Made by a program: the position numbers and the translations under genes. The notes beneath the pieces were generated by a model. It ran no database searches and had not been told where the DNA came from. It worked only from the letters and a program-made list of their open reading frames with translations. From positions 1-50,658 of the forward strand of contig CAVPXM010000070.1 in assembly GCA_963709405.1 (NCBI GenBank): a stretch of 50,658 bases of DNA. The letters are read 5' to 3'. This stretch comes from an uncultured Nitrososphaerales archaeon. GTDB lineage: Archaea; Thermoproteota; Nitrososphaeria; Nitrososphaerales; Nitrososphaeraceae. Below, one piece after another: positions 1-11,128 of the stretch; the first letter of the stretch is position 1; the number at the start of each line of letters is the position of its first letter.

Positions 1-519
1 AAAGACCAGACCAGCTTTGGCAACAGGATATAACCTATATCTGGTGTGGCCATGATGGGTGGTGCTATCTGTTTAGCATCTTGGACTGTTATACAAGAGA
101 ATGGCTAGCATACACATTCAGTACCCAGTGTGGTACAGATGAAGCTATAAGGACATTGGAAATGGCATACTGGAAAGGTTTCCAGATGGCGTCATTCCTC
201 CTTACTTGGTCTGACAACAAGGAGTGATGGTGGTTCGCAGGACACGTCTCATAGGTTTGTCAGTTCGTTGAAAGGTGTACGAAATAAGGCATGAAGTTAC
301 TGGAAAGAATAGGCCTGACCAGAACGCGTATATCGAGGCATTCCACAAGTCCATCAAAGAAGACTGTATTTGGTAGAGCACCACTTTCAGACATTCCAAG
401 AATCTGACCTTGTTATCCGCAAGTTCTTCCACGACTATAACTGGAACAGGCCGCATTCATCATTAATGTACATGACACCGAAGGAGTTTTATGCTATGAT
501 AAATGGAGGTAATGATTAG
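1..519 (+). pseudogene. IS3-family transposase (rve integrase core), frameshifted, 5' end outside window
   Basis: Manual translation across frames: RPDQLWQQDITYI..WCYLFSILDCYTRE, RSDGGSQ, PDQNAYIEAFHKSIKED, YNWNRPHSSL-MTP; DDE motifs broken by frameshifts and stops. Confidence 0.9.
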
Positions 520-547
520 ATGGGTAGTAGACTATCTCTTGACAAGC

Positions 548-572
548 TGCCCAGTTTGGAGGGGTACACTCC
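548..572 (+). mobile_element. Probable right terminal inverted repeat of the IS3-family element
   Basis: TGCCCAGTTTGGAGGGGTACACTCC just after the transposase stop resembles IS3-family right ends; partner end not in window. Confidence 0.5.
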
Positions 573-630
573 CCTTAATTCATTATCATTACCATAACAG
601 ATCCCAAACCTATCAAGTCTGCCAGACATA

Positions 631-1018
631 TTATTGATTGATCTCTTTAAATTCGATTTGTCTCTATTCTCTTTTCTAGTTTTTTACATTACATTCATAA
701 TTCTCCCCATCCCTTTATTACTTTCAAAGATAGAGCCTTTGTCTGAAGGTATTAAATATCATTTCCTCTGAATATCTACCTGCCATTCCTTCTAACTTAA
801 TCTATCCGATCAATACAACTGTTTGTAATAATATGCCAAATCAGACTTGCTATATCGAATTCGATTCGCTGACCTAATTCTCTACAGTACTTTAAAATCT
901 CTACCAATAGTTGACTGGTCTGCTCGTAACTCTTGGACTATCTCATTCAGTCCTTGATTGTGTTAAGAAATAAGCAATCTTTTTCCTCCTTATTTCTTCG
1001 AGCTCGAATTTATGCCCG
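631..1018 (-). pseudogene. Degraded HTH protein of a multicopy Nitrososphaera-type family (terminase-small-subunit-like)
   Basis: Minus-strand fragments GHKFELEEIRRKKIAYFLTQS, EIVQELRADQSTIGRDFK, DLAYYYKQ, LQTKALSLKVIK, NVKKLEKRI, QIEFKEINQ*; many stops and frameshifts. Confidence 0.6.
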
Positions 1019-1710
1019 TCTTAACTTCAGAATGTGTTAATGTTTTTGTAAAGGTTAGGTTTTTCCATTTTTACGACCGTGAAATAGAGATGCTGTATCG
1101 AAATAAGACATTGCACGTTTTGGACTGTTAAGTGATTGGTAGCCAAATTTTATGTAATAGATGACCCAAAAAAACAAAGGCAGTTCGCGTTTCAAAAATA
1201 CTTAATTGGTACTCTGTCAAATACTGTAATTCAGGTAAATATGGATGCACAATGATTCATGGCCAGAGTTATCCACCTCCAGCAGGATCCTTATGCATGA
1301 ACACGATTTTTTCATTCATAAATTATTAGATTATGAAAAGGCGTGCTGCTGGTACAATGCATTACGTGTGAGGCATCATACTGTTTATTATGTGGTAAGA
1401 TGTCGAATAAGGATAAAGAGTGTTTCTGCCAGAGTATTGATTAGACAGACAAACTATTTGAAACAAGTTAGGTGAGCGACTGAGATATAATGAGGAAGTC
1501 TTAGTCTAAGAAATTGGGCTCAAAATCTAAAGGCAGTAATTCGACAGAGTAAGAGTTTCCATGTATCTTATCGATTCCGCCTCAAATAAACTAAGGATCT
1601 GCTTTTCGATGGTTCCACTCGACAAGCAATGCTCTGTCAATTGTAGCCCAAGCTCGAAAATAGGTGTTAACATGAGAATAATCCTTCTAACCTTGGTACG
1701 TAATTTATTA

Positions 1711-2822
1711 TTATGTTGTTGTCGAGTTTGAGGGCGATATTATTCCATTGTCTCTGCATCGTCGGTATGACCTATAATCTTCGTCGACCTCTATTGCAGC
1801 TGTTAGCATTTTGCTCTTGAAAGCCTTAGATGATTGTAGAAACATCTTCGTATCTTTTGGTAAGCAGTGTCCTCCTATTCCTTCCCTTGGTTCTAATATC
1901 TCGACATTCCATTTTGTATTTAAAGCATTACGTAATTCTGCAAAATCTATGCTGTTTGCTTGACAGTAGAGATAAAGATCTTCCGCAAACGCTATTTGTA
2001 GATATCTATGTGCGTTTTCTACTACTTTTGTTGTTTCGGCAACTTCCACTTGTGATACTGGATGCATAGGTATCCCTAAGCTTTTGTTTTCGTTCTCGTT
2101 TTGCTTACAGTTGTTGTTACCATAAATGCCATTAGCTAGAATAAGTTTGGCGTCATAGCAGTCGTGGTGCTGGTAATGACATTAGTAGCATTATCATTCC
2201 TGCCATCATAAAATTGCAAACCCGCTTTGAGACAACAATTACATACTCCTCCTATTACGCGTAACTGATTTACACCATGCTCTTCTTCTTCTAAAGAATA
2301 CCATCTGTGAGGAGCATGGACAACATGTAGTCTATGATTAAGCATTTCAAATATCTTCTTCGACGTTCCTTTTGGAATAGTACTTTCTATTGATACTAGT
2401 GCACCATTTTTTGCCTCCAAGGAAATCTTTTCAACAATTGATAGCAATCCATCTATTTGTGGAGAGAACATATCGTTGGGAATGTGAGTAGATACACACA
2501 GAATGTAAACATCAAATTCACTAAAGTTAATAGCTTTCTTCACTGAAGCCATCTTCTCTGCACGCTCTATGGCATGATGACTTATATCATAGCCGAAAGT
2601 ATCAAATCCTTTTTCGCTAACATACTTTGCTACCGGCAGGCCCAACTGTCCTAAACCGATAATCAAAACTTTATTGAACTGAGTTTGACCGATGCATTTG
2701 GTGCTTCGATCATCTTTAGTTGATTCGATAATATTATTAGGAGATGTTGTTAATGGGTGAGTATTTAAACATATTTGCTCTTTATTGCTGTCATCTTTCT
2801 GAGATACTTTCATTCTTGTCAA
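1711..2822 (-). pseudogene. Nucleotide-sugar (UDP-ManNAc/UDP-Glc/GDP-Man type) dehydrogenase-like gene, split by one frameshift near 2140-2170
   Basis: IIGLGQLG Rossmann motif, IESTIPKGT, TKVVENAHR, catalytic-type GGHCLPKD; the alternative frame reads LILANGIYGNNNCKQNENENKSLGIPMHP and joins ORFs 2136..2822 and 1711..2067. Confidence 0.8.
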
Positions 2823-3006
2823 GAGATGTGTAGTACAGAATATATAAATGTATACGTATTTACGGCATAGTGCCTAAATATAGATCAATATATCCGTGTA
2901 GACAGGATTTAAGTCTATACAGTAAGATATCTATGATCTAATACATACAGAAATAGATACATCTGTCAGCCAAAGCATACATAAATATACATGTATATAT
3001 AATAAT

Positions 3007-3183
3007 ATGATGGACATGGAAAATGATGACGTAGTAGCAGAGGATGAAACTAAAACTACGATGAAAATACCTACCGATCTGCTTGATACTTTCAAACATT
3101 TAGCTATAGATGAAAAAACGACAGTGACCGCCCTTATCGTGGAATCAATGAAACAGTATATTAAATCCATTAAGAAGAAATGA
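3007..3183 (+). CDS. Ribbon-helix-helix (CopG/ParG-like) DNA-binding protein, 58 aa, not in ORF track
   Basis: MMDMENDDVVAEDETKTTMKIPTDLLDTFKHLAIDEKTTVTALIVESMKQYIKSIKKK*: beta strand TTMKIP, helix, TTVTALIVE helix is the RHH pattern. Confidence 0.75.
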   Translation: MMDMENDDVVAEDETKTTMKIPTDLLDTFKHLAIDEKTTVTALIVESMKQYIKSIKKK

Positions 3184-5130
3184 GTCTAAACCGTAAAGTG
3201 AGGAGGAAGTCATGTTGAAATTCCGCCACTCATTAGTTGTCCAGCGGATGAGTCCTCTCTGAATAACATCTTCAAAAACTCAAGGAGCAGGTTCGTGTTA
3301 TATTATATAAAAGAACAGCTTCCGATATTGGCTGTCTGTGCCGCAGCAAGACTCTTCTTGTGTGGTATTGAAATGACAAGACCAGGAGACAGAATATGTG
3401 AATTTGTGCCTATTTGTCAGATTCGTGTGACATGGATTACCACCTAGCCATCTAAAGCTTTAATTGCTGAAATCTAATACATGATTAAGATATCAATGTA
3501 TTAAGAATTCTAGCTACAAACTTAATATGAGGTTGTAAGACGGCCCGTTGATTCATGCACTTGGTAGTTTAGGACAACCTTACGGAGTATAGATACTGTT
3601 GTGTCGAAATTACCGCATCGGGAACAATATCTAACATTATCAAATATCATTTATTGCACACGCCTGGCAATCTAAATTTTTAAAAGATTTTTCTATTTCG
3701 ATTAGCTGCTTAGCGAGATTCCTGATACGATATCTAGTCAATTCTCAGATCATTCGTGTTTTCACCCCCCTTACTTTTATTCGAGTTTTTTCATCTCCTT
3801 TTATTTATTACTATTTTTATGACAGCAGTCTCAATTTGTCTCAGTATATATTTGTCTTTATCTTTGAAGTCTTCATAATGCTCTTCATAAGTACTTTATG
3901 CATACGTGCAGATATATCATCGGCAAGATCCACACTTTACTTGTAACAGCTGGAAAAGTTGCAAGTCCTAAAGCAGATTCACAAGCGTTCGCTAAATTAA
4001 AACCTAAAATTGCGAAGGCATTAGCTGCGATAAAGATAGCTATTGTTCTATTCCTGTCAAAAATGCTTCTAGCTTTCGTTATACAAGGCAGCTTGGTATA
4101 ATATGCATCGTGACATTTGGAATAATACGAAAAATACGGAACATTCCATGGTAAGTAGCTTTTTTGATGAAAAGCAGCTTTTATTGCTTGAGAGAATACT
4201 CAACCCTTACCAAAATCGTTGTATATCTATGAGCTTCATAACAATGCTACTCCGGTGATTGTAGAACTTTTTAAAATAGTTGAGATGATGCTATAGATAT
4301 TCATGCTATTTCATTTTGTGATAAAATTAAAAACTGATATGAAAATTGATTTTTAATAATAATGTTACAAATTCGTATCTTGCCAATATATGTCTTGATG
4401 ATATTTATCCAAGCTAGTACCAACAATAGTCTCTTATACCAAACAAAAACAAGGACCCCAATCCTTGTGATAAAAGTCCCTACTGTGCCTGCAATCTATA
4501 GGCTGCAATTAGCTGGATAATAATTAATTGCAGTACCTCTAAAGACAATAATTTAGGAATCAATCCATTACTCTGACAAGAAACAGGAAGCATTAACAAT
4601 AGTTGAGGCTGAAAATACTTTAATGGATATGATGACTACGACTACTTCAGGCTAACACATTATTCAGGTTACGATGACTTCAACGCGTCAGGCCTACGAT
4701 AAGTGATAAAGAATGAAATCATGTCATCTTTTGTCATTGTATTGAAACGTCTATTTCTGTTATACTTTGAAAGATATATTTAAGATCGTTATCCAGATAT
4801 CGTCTTTTCTATAATCGTACATCGGATTAGTCTCTGTCCTCATTATGACGATAGAATCTGACATTCTTGACGATATTCTTTGATGGTATCCTATGAAGTT
4901 AATTGGACAACACGTTAGCTACGCAGATCCGCAGTAATAAATTCGAACTTTCTATCCAAGAGATCTGTAGAAGAGGGATACAGACTTTTCACGTTGTTAA
5001 TCGTTATTTCATTTTTTTCTTCTGTTGCTATAGTCACACCGATAGTAATAACCTTTCTCAATGAGAAAAATAAAAGGATCGCCCTTATAAGTTGGTATTC
5101 TATACTAACTTATACGGAGATAATTTTAAT

Positions 5131-5397
5131 ATGAACAATAAGAAAAGCTGTGAACATTTTGCTGGTATAAATGAAAACAATATTTCTCCTAAAACATCCG
5201 GCTGCGAAGAATGTGAAAAGGAAGGAACGGATTGGGTTGCATTACGAATGTGCCTGGTTTGCGGTCATGTAGGTTGCTGCGATTCTTCGGTAGGCCTTCA
5301 TGCCACTAACCACTTTCAAAATACCGGTCACAAGGTTATGGTTGCATTACCAAACAAGCAATGGAAATGGTGTTACGTTCATAAACAATATTCATAG
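5131..5397 (+). CDS. UBP-type zinc finger (zf-UBP) stand-alone protein
   Basis: CEH..GCEECEK..WVALRMCLVCGHVGCCDSS..HATNHF..TGH..WKWCYVH; ATG 5131 preferred to TTG 5092. Confidence 0.9.
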   Translation: MNNKKSCEHFAGINENNISPKTSGCEECEKEGTDWVALRMCLVCGHVGCCDSSVGLHATNHFQNTGHKVMVALPNKQWKWCYVHKQYS

Positions 5398-5843
5398 ACA
5401 AATTTTTCAGCCAAATGTCAATTTCAGATCAACAAAGATACTTTCTGTTGTCAAGCAAATAGTATCGAGCAAATGAAATGATTGTCATTTTGTGCTGTGT
5501 CGAAATAAGGTTTTCGGCATTCTATGAGGACTTAATAGTAAATTAAATTTATTAATCCTCGTTATGGTAACTAAGGAATACTAATATTATTAACTACACT
5601 CTATGAACCATACTATGTTAATACCTCAGATCAACTAACGAAATAATTCAAACTTCCGTGAGGATTCATATTATAAATTCTGATGCCATCCAATTTCTTC
5701 CTTCAATCGCCTCTTTATTTCCTTCTTGGAATAGTATAGAGAATAACATCCCACTGCCTTTATTTAGCAGCCTTTGAACCATAAAGCAATTGCAAAAGAT
5801 TCTCCACGTCCAGGATAGATTCCCGTTAATGCCAATAAAGAAC

Positions 5844-7097
5844 TTACCTTGGAACAGCGCTACGAGTACAAGTCATTTCGTTATAGCATTGTATGTATTT
5901 TTCTGTAACCTTCTCCCATGTAGGGATAGTCTTTGCAAAAAGTAACGCTTCTTGCTCTTGTCGATGCCTATCTTGTGGATTTGATAGGAAGCGAACCACA
6001 TTGGCAGCAAAATCGTATATTTTATCGCATATACACAAGGCCCGGTTATCGACGGATAAACCCTGAGCTCCTACAGAGGTACTTACTATCGCTTTACCGG
6101 CTCTTAATGCTTCTAGAATCTTTACTTTTATTCCTCCTCCTATTCTGAGTGGACAGACAACTACTTTGGCAGCTTTATAAAAAGGATAAAGAGAATCGAC
6201 GTAGCCAGTAACTATTATATTGTTGTTGCTACTTGTCCCTAATTTCAGTATCTCAGGGGTAGGAGAATTTCCCACAAGCAACAGCTTTGCATTATGGATG
6301 TATTTGAGGATCAAAGGAAATATTTGCTTGCAGAAATATAATGCAGCGTCAATATTTGGATCGTAAAGGAAGTTACCTACGAAAAGAATAAGTGGGTTAT
6401 TATCATTAAAGGTGCGAATGTGGTCAGAATTACTGAAACTGCTTCTACGCAAAAACTCAGGGTCGACTGGCCGATCTATTACTATTTTATGATCAATACC
6501 ATTAGGAATCGTAATCACGTCCATATTTGGCTCTTGTAGTCTTATGCTTATTTCATCTTCTGCGCTAACTGTAACTATTTTGGTTGCCTTTTTCCAAAAG
6601 TTACGCTCCCAATAAAAAGTATTATAATAGTCTCGCCAGTACAAAAACCGATCTGCCAACGAAGATGATAGTAAAAGTCTTTGCAGGTTAAGCATATACT
6701 CCATATTATGTTCTACAAGTAATATAGGAACATTTGACTCATTAGGTAGTAACTGCATAAGGTAATATGCTTCCACGTGCACTAGATCAAAATAGTGATG
6801 GCGAAGCATGCAAGAGATACTGTAAGTAGCCTCCTCAGAAAAGTATCTCTTCATGAGCAAAGTATATCTAAAGTCATGTTCAGCCGGAAAAGGTTGAGTT
6901 GTATTAAATAGATTAACACTTTTGCAATATTTACTTAACTGCCTTGCGTGTTTCCTATCTATTTCTGGCGTCGTAGTCAAAGAGCATAAATGTACTTGAA
7001 ATTTTTTTCCTAACCTTGATACCAGCTCAAATTCTCGTCTGCGTCCTCCGCTTGCAGGAGGAAATGGTAGGTGTGCGGTTAGGAATAATATCTTCAT
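5844..7097 (-). CDS. GT4-family glycosyltransferase
   Basis: MKILFLTAHLPFPPASGGRRR, VEHN-EY, IPNGID, LFVGNF..PNIDA, GGGIKVKILEAL, STSVGAQG. Confidence 0.9.
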   Translation of the reverse strand: MKILFLTAHLPFPPASGGRRREFELVSRLGKKFQVHLCSLTTTPEIDRKHARQLSKYCKSVNLFNTTQPFPAEHDFRYTLLMKRYFSEEATYSISCMLRHHYFDLVHVEAYYLMQLLPNESNVPILLVEHNMEYMLNLQRLLLSSSLADRFLYWRDYYNTFYWERNFWKKATKIVTVSAEDEISIRLQEPNMDVITIPNGIDHKIVIDRPVDPEFLRRSSFSNSDHIRTFNDNNPLILFVGNFLYDPNIDAALYFCKQIFPLILKYIHNAKLLLVGNSPTPEILKLGTSSNNNIIVTGYVDSLYPFYKAAKVVVCPLRIGGGIKVKILEALRAGKAIVSTSVGAQGLSVDNRALCICDKIYDFAANVVRFLSNPQDRHRQEQEALLFAKTIPTWEKVTEKYIQCYNEMTCTRSAVPR

Positions 7098-7598
7098 AAT
7101 ATGATGCATGGCGCCCCGATATTTATTGGCTATAACTAAGTAGCAAATCAGAGCATAAGTATGTTAGCATAACTTCGAGCAGAATGGGAAGTCACTAAAT
7201 CTGCGTTATACTGAGTGTGATTTGTTATGAGAATTGATCGTATAGAATGAGCTTTGTAGCACGAGATATGAAAAATAGTGGTCGTACAAGAAAGGAGGAC
7301 TGAAGAGCCACGAATACCACTTTTTGCTTCTAGAAATTGGTAGTCGCTAGGAAATCGTCAGAAAAAAAGACTGGGGGACTTTCTTTCCAAATCATCCACG
7401 ATTTAGGTGTTGGCTAAGAGGCCGCAGTCTGGATTAAGTAATTTGGCACGTCGGTTAAAATAGACAAGTTGCTGGCTAGGAGTGATGCCTTTAACCAGTG
7501 CCTTTTCAATATAAGCAACAAAGGATTTCTTGTTTTATTCTAGCCAATAACACTAACTATGATTCATTACCGAGCGGCAATCTTTAATTTTCAGGCTA

Positions 7599-7817
7599 TT
7601 ATTCTTTCTCAAAACCTTCCTTGTGGACCCAATAATAAGATACTCTATCAGCACCAATCCAGTAGGTCTCAGTGCCTGCATCAACAACTATCTCCTCTGT
7701 GCTGTCTTCAAATTTTACGTTGTGGATGTGAAGTTCAATCTTTTCGCCTGTATCCAATCTGACCATCACTTCTCCATTTTTAGCTACGCTAGCCTTTAGT
7801 GTTTTATAATTTGCCAT
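7599..7817 (-). CDS. Small beta-rich hypothetical protein
   Basis: Clean 72-aa ORF (MANYKTLK..GEVMVRLDTGEKIELH..ETYWI..YYWVH) with protein-like composition. Confidence 0.7.
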   Translation of the reverse strand: MANYKTLKASVAKNGEVMVRLDTGEKIELHIHNVKFEDSTEEIVVDAGTETYWIGADRVSYYWVHKEGFEKE

Positions 7818-8388
7818 GAACATATTTGATCATAAGTGCCTATTAAGGTTACATTTATCTCATCAAGCATTTTGCAAAGTCCAATACTCAGTTTAGGAAG
7901 TCTTGTAACTCTTCATGGTACGATAATGGTCACCGATTAATGTATTAATGTTCACTGTCTAGGATTAGTTTATAATTTATAAAAGTTCCAAAGACGATCA
8001 TTTTTTTAATAATTGATTGTATTTGCTTAGAAAAGTCGATTCGATTATTATTATTAAATCAATTAAGAAAACAACTTTGTATTTTGACTTCTGGCCATGT
8101 TAGCAACGCCCCGATCTAAATAATTCAAGTGTGACAGATGAAGTAATGTGAAAGTATAGCTCAGTTATAGGTAGGTTTGAGCGTAGGGAGGCATGAGGTC
8201 TCTGATATAGAGTCAAATTACGTAATCCATGTTTAATTTTACTTGATTGAACAGAAAGTCGATAATCAATAGGCTTAGTATACTAGTCTACGTAGGAATT
8301 TTAATGCTTTTTGTAACATAAATTAATTACAAAAATTTATTCTTGATCTTAATTTACAATTTAAAAATGTTATTAGCACTTTGAGTAA

Positions 8389-9252
8389 TCAGACAGCGTG
8401 CTCCAGTTGAACATTTGTGTAATCAGAAATTTTTCTTTGCACGATATTCCTATCATCCCACCGTACTTCCTGCAATCCAATCATCTTTCTGAAGGAGTTG
8501 GCAGTTGAGGGGCCAAAACCAGAATATGAATTATTTGCAGATACTATTGCCAATTTTACCTTATTTGAGACCGCATCTTCAGTGCGTACTTGAGTGACTT
8601 TATTTGCCCAATACTGCATTCCGATCACGTTGTCATCTTGGTTTTTATCAGAATAATCCATTATCCGATCGGCAATGAACCTTAAATATACAAAATTTGT
8701 TGTTACTACTGCCGGAGTTTGTATGCCTGTCGATTCATTCCATACCATACATATATTATTATTGGCAAAAAAGTCGTAAGCCAAGTCCTGAAACCAGGAT
8801 CTGTCTCTTACCTCGACTGCGTATCTAAAGGAAGGGTCAAGCGTAGGTAGAATTCTTTTTAGGCTTTCCAATCCCTCCGTGACCTTCATGGATGCAGGAA
8901 GCTGCATCAGCAAGCATAGTAGCTTCTCACCAAGTTTACTCATCGAATCGAAAAAACCTTCTAGTTCATACTTGGCGTCAAGTAGTTTCTTGTGATGGGT
9001 TATGATCTGCGGAAATATTGCAGTGAACCTGAAATGAGGAGGTGTCTTGTTGTACCAATTCTTTGCCATAAATACATCGGGGACTCTATAAAATGAAGAG
9101 TCTATTTCCACATGGTCAAAGATATTAGAATAATAACTTAGCCAGTCCGATGTATCAAGATCGGAGGGGTAAAACCGACCCTTCCAGGATGGATGGCTCC
9201 ATCCAGAACATCCCACAAACACTTCTAGATGAGAACGATTAGGATCAGTCAT
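8389..9252 (-). CDS. DUF72 (YecE-like) protein
   Basis: VGCSGWS..WKGRFYP, VEIDSSFYRVP, TPPHFRF, LMQLPAS, AVEVRDRSW, FVYLRF, ANNSYSG; start uncertain (9252-9297). Confidence 0.92.
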   Translation of the reverse strand: MTDPNRSHLEVFVGCSGWSHPSWKGRFYPSDLDTSDWLSYYSNIFDHVEIDSSFYRVPDVFMAKNWYNKTPPHFRFTAIFPQIITHHKKLLDAKYELEGFFDSMSKLGEKLLCLLMQLPASMKVTEGLESLKRILPTLDPSFRYAVEVRDRSWFQDLAYDFFANNNICMVWNESTGIQTPAVVTTNFVYLRFIADRIMDYSDKNQDDNVIGMQYWANKVTQVRTEDAVSNKVKLAIVSANNSYSGFGPSTANSFRKMIGLQEVRWDDRNIVQRKISDYTNVQLEHAV

Positions 9253-9326
9253 ATCGAGCATGTAATATGTCACCTTGCAGTTCAGCGAGTGTAACATCCA
9301 TTCCTTTAAAATGTACTATCAACCTC

Positions 9327-9527
9327 TTAATCTCCTAAAATAATATACTTTGGACTATCACCCTCGATAGTTTCATTCTTCCAGTGACAGCTATAGCAAA
9401 ATCCACATATCAAGCAAGTGAACTGACTTCGGTTTTTGCAAGAGACACATTCTACATATTTGACGTTTAATGTATCTCGAAGGTATTCGTGAAGCCGTCT
9501 CCGTTGTGAGTCCACTAATTGTACCAC
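9327..9527 (-). CDS. Small Cys-rich zinc-finger protein
   Basis: CVSC..FTCLICGFCYSCHW: three CxxC pairs plus His. Confidence 0.6.
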   Translation of the reverse strand: MVQLVDSQRRRLHEYLRDTLNVKYVECVSCKNRSQFTCLICGFCYSCHWKNETIEGDSPKYIILGD

Positions 9528-9960
9528 TCTTCTGCCACCCCCTTTAGAATAAATTCAGGTCTAGAGAATAAAGTCTTAGATCGATACAGAAGAGTACATG
9601 CCGTCATAACAGCACAGGTTTCTTTAATGCACATGAGTAGAGTAGCCATTGCCACCCACCTTCTTTACGTCTAATATATGTAATCAACTTACACAAATAT
9701 AATGTCTTTGGAAAAATGATACTTAAATTCAGCTATTAACATAGTTCTATAATCTAGTAGAGTACAAATGGTGAGCTACTTATAGTAGGTCGCCTCCCAA
9801 GTATCTGTTCTTCTGTACCACTGCGTTATCTAAACCACATACCTTTTTGATCTTCTCCCGTTTAATAGGGGACGGGGTGTCCGTGTATCAAAACAGATTA
9901 GAACAGAACTGAAACTATACCATAAATCTGAATTTGCGATGGTTCGTGGGTGAGTGAGTA

Positions 9961-11128
9961 CATGGACACTCATTTACTCCGCTCGAAATAGCAAAATTAT
10001 ACAAATTTCCCACAAGGGACGCTAAGGGTACAAAATTGGACGGTTCAGGCCAGCGTATAGCTATAATTGAGTTGGGTGGCGGATTTTATCCTGATGAGTT
10101 AAATGCATATTTTCAAAAGTTAGGAGTTACTATACCCCATATAACATCCATTCCAGTTGGGCATGGTAAGAATGATCCTGGAAAAAACCAAGACTATGAT
10201 GGTGAGGTTATGGTAGACATTACCATAGCAGGTGCAATTTCCCCTGGCGCGAATCTTGTCATTTACTTTTCCGAAAGCTCAACTAAGGGTTTTTTTGATG
10301 CAGTCACTCAGGCAGTGCACGATAGCCAACATAATCCTTCAATAATATCCATTAGCTGGGGCGCCCCAGAAGCTTCATGGGGTCACTTGATGACTGCGAT
10401 GGACCAGGCCCTCCTGGATGCAGGCAGCCTTAGGCAGAACCGTTATTTGTGCTTCAGGAGACCATGGATCATCTGACCTAAGGCCCAACGATGGAGAAAC
10501 GATATCTGATCCCTTGGCGCATGTAGAATTTCCAGCGTCGAGCCCATTTGTTCTGGCATGTGGCGGTACTAGATTACCTTCATCTAATGATATGATTACT
10601 GGTAACGAGATTGCTTGGAACGATGGAGTTCTTGCAACTGGTGGTGGCGTAAGCGAATACTTTAAGCGACCCAACTATCAACTTGGAATAAGAATTCCGC
10701 AATCAGTGAATAATACAGAGTTCGATGGGCGCGGCGTACCTGATGTAGCTGGTATTGCCAGTCCTGGCTACAATATACCTGTTAACGGACAAGAAGAGCC
10801 TGAAGGGAGGGACGGAACTAGTGCGGTCGCTCCGCTATGGTCTGGAATGATAGCTCTCATAAACCAAAGCATTGGCAAGCCAGTAGGTTTTATCAACCCA
10901 TTGCTTTATAAGCACCCCGCTTTTAATGGTGTATTATTTGATATTCTCAAAGGCAGTAACGGTGTCAAAAATGTGAAGCTGGCCGGAACCGGCAAGATGA
11001 ATGTAAAAGGATACAAAGCACGTAAGGGTTGGGATGCCTGTACAGGTTTAGGTAGCCCTAATGGATTCAAATTGTTAAATGCACTAAAAGGTAATATTTT
11101 TTCAAAGGACGGGATCAGAAGAAATTGA
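9961..11128 (+). pseudogene. S53 (kumamolisin/sedolisin) peptidase catalytic domain, frameshifted near 10423, prodomain absent
   Basis: SFTPLEIAKLYKFP, GQRIAIIELGGG, DGEVMVD (E/D), ISISWG, SGDHG, GRGVPDVA, GTSAVAP (Ser), GWDACTGLGSP; in-frame stop at 9955-9957 upstream. Confidence 0.88.

Noticed and set aside
202-456. 84-aa minus-strand ORF
   Set aside because: Antisense to the IS3 transposase relic
3200-5050. Fragmentary coding-like stretches, including ORF 3898..4101
   Set aside because: Probably eroded genes, but no family could be supported
8155-8230. tRNA-like GTATAGCTCAGTT...GAGCG
   Set aside because: Only a D-arm-like stretch; no acceptor stem, anticodon arm or TTCRA T-loop
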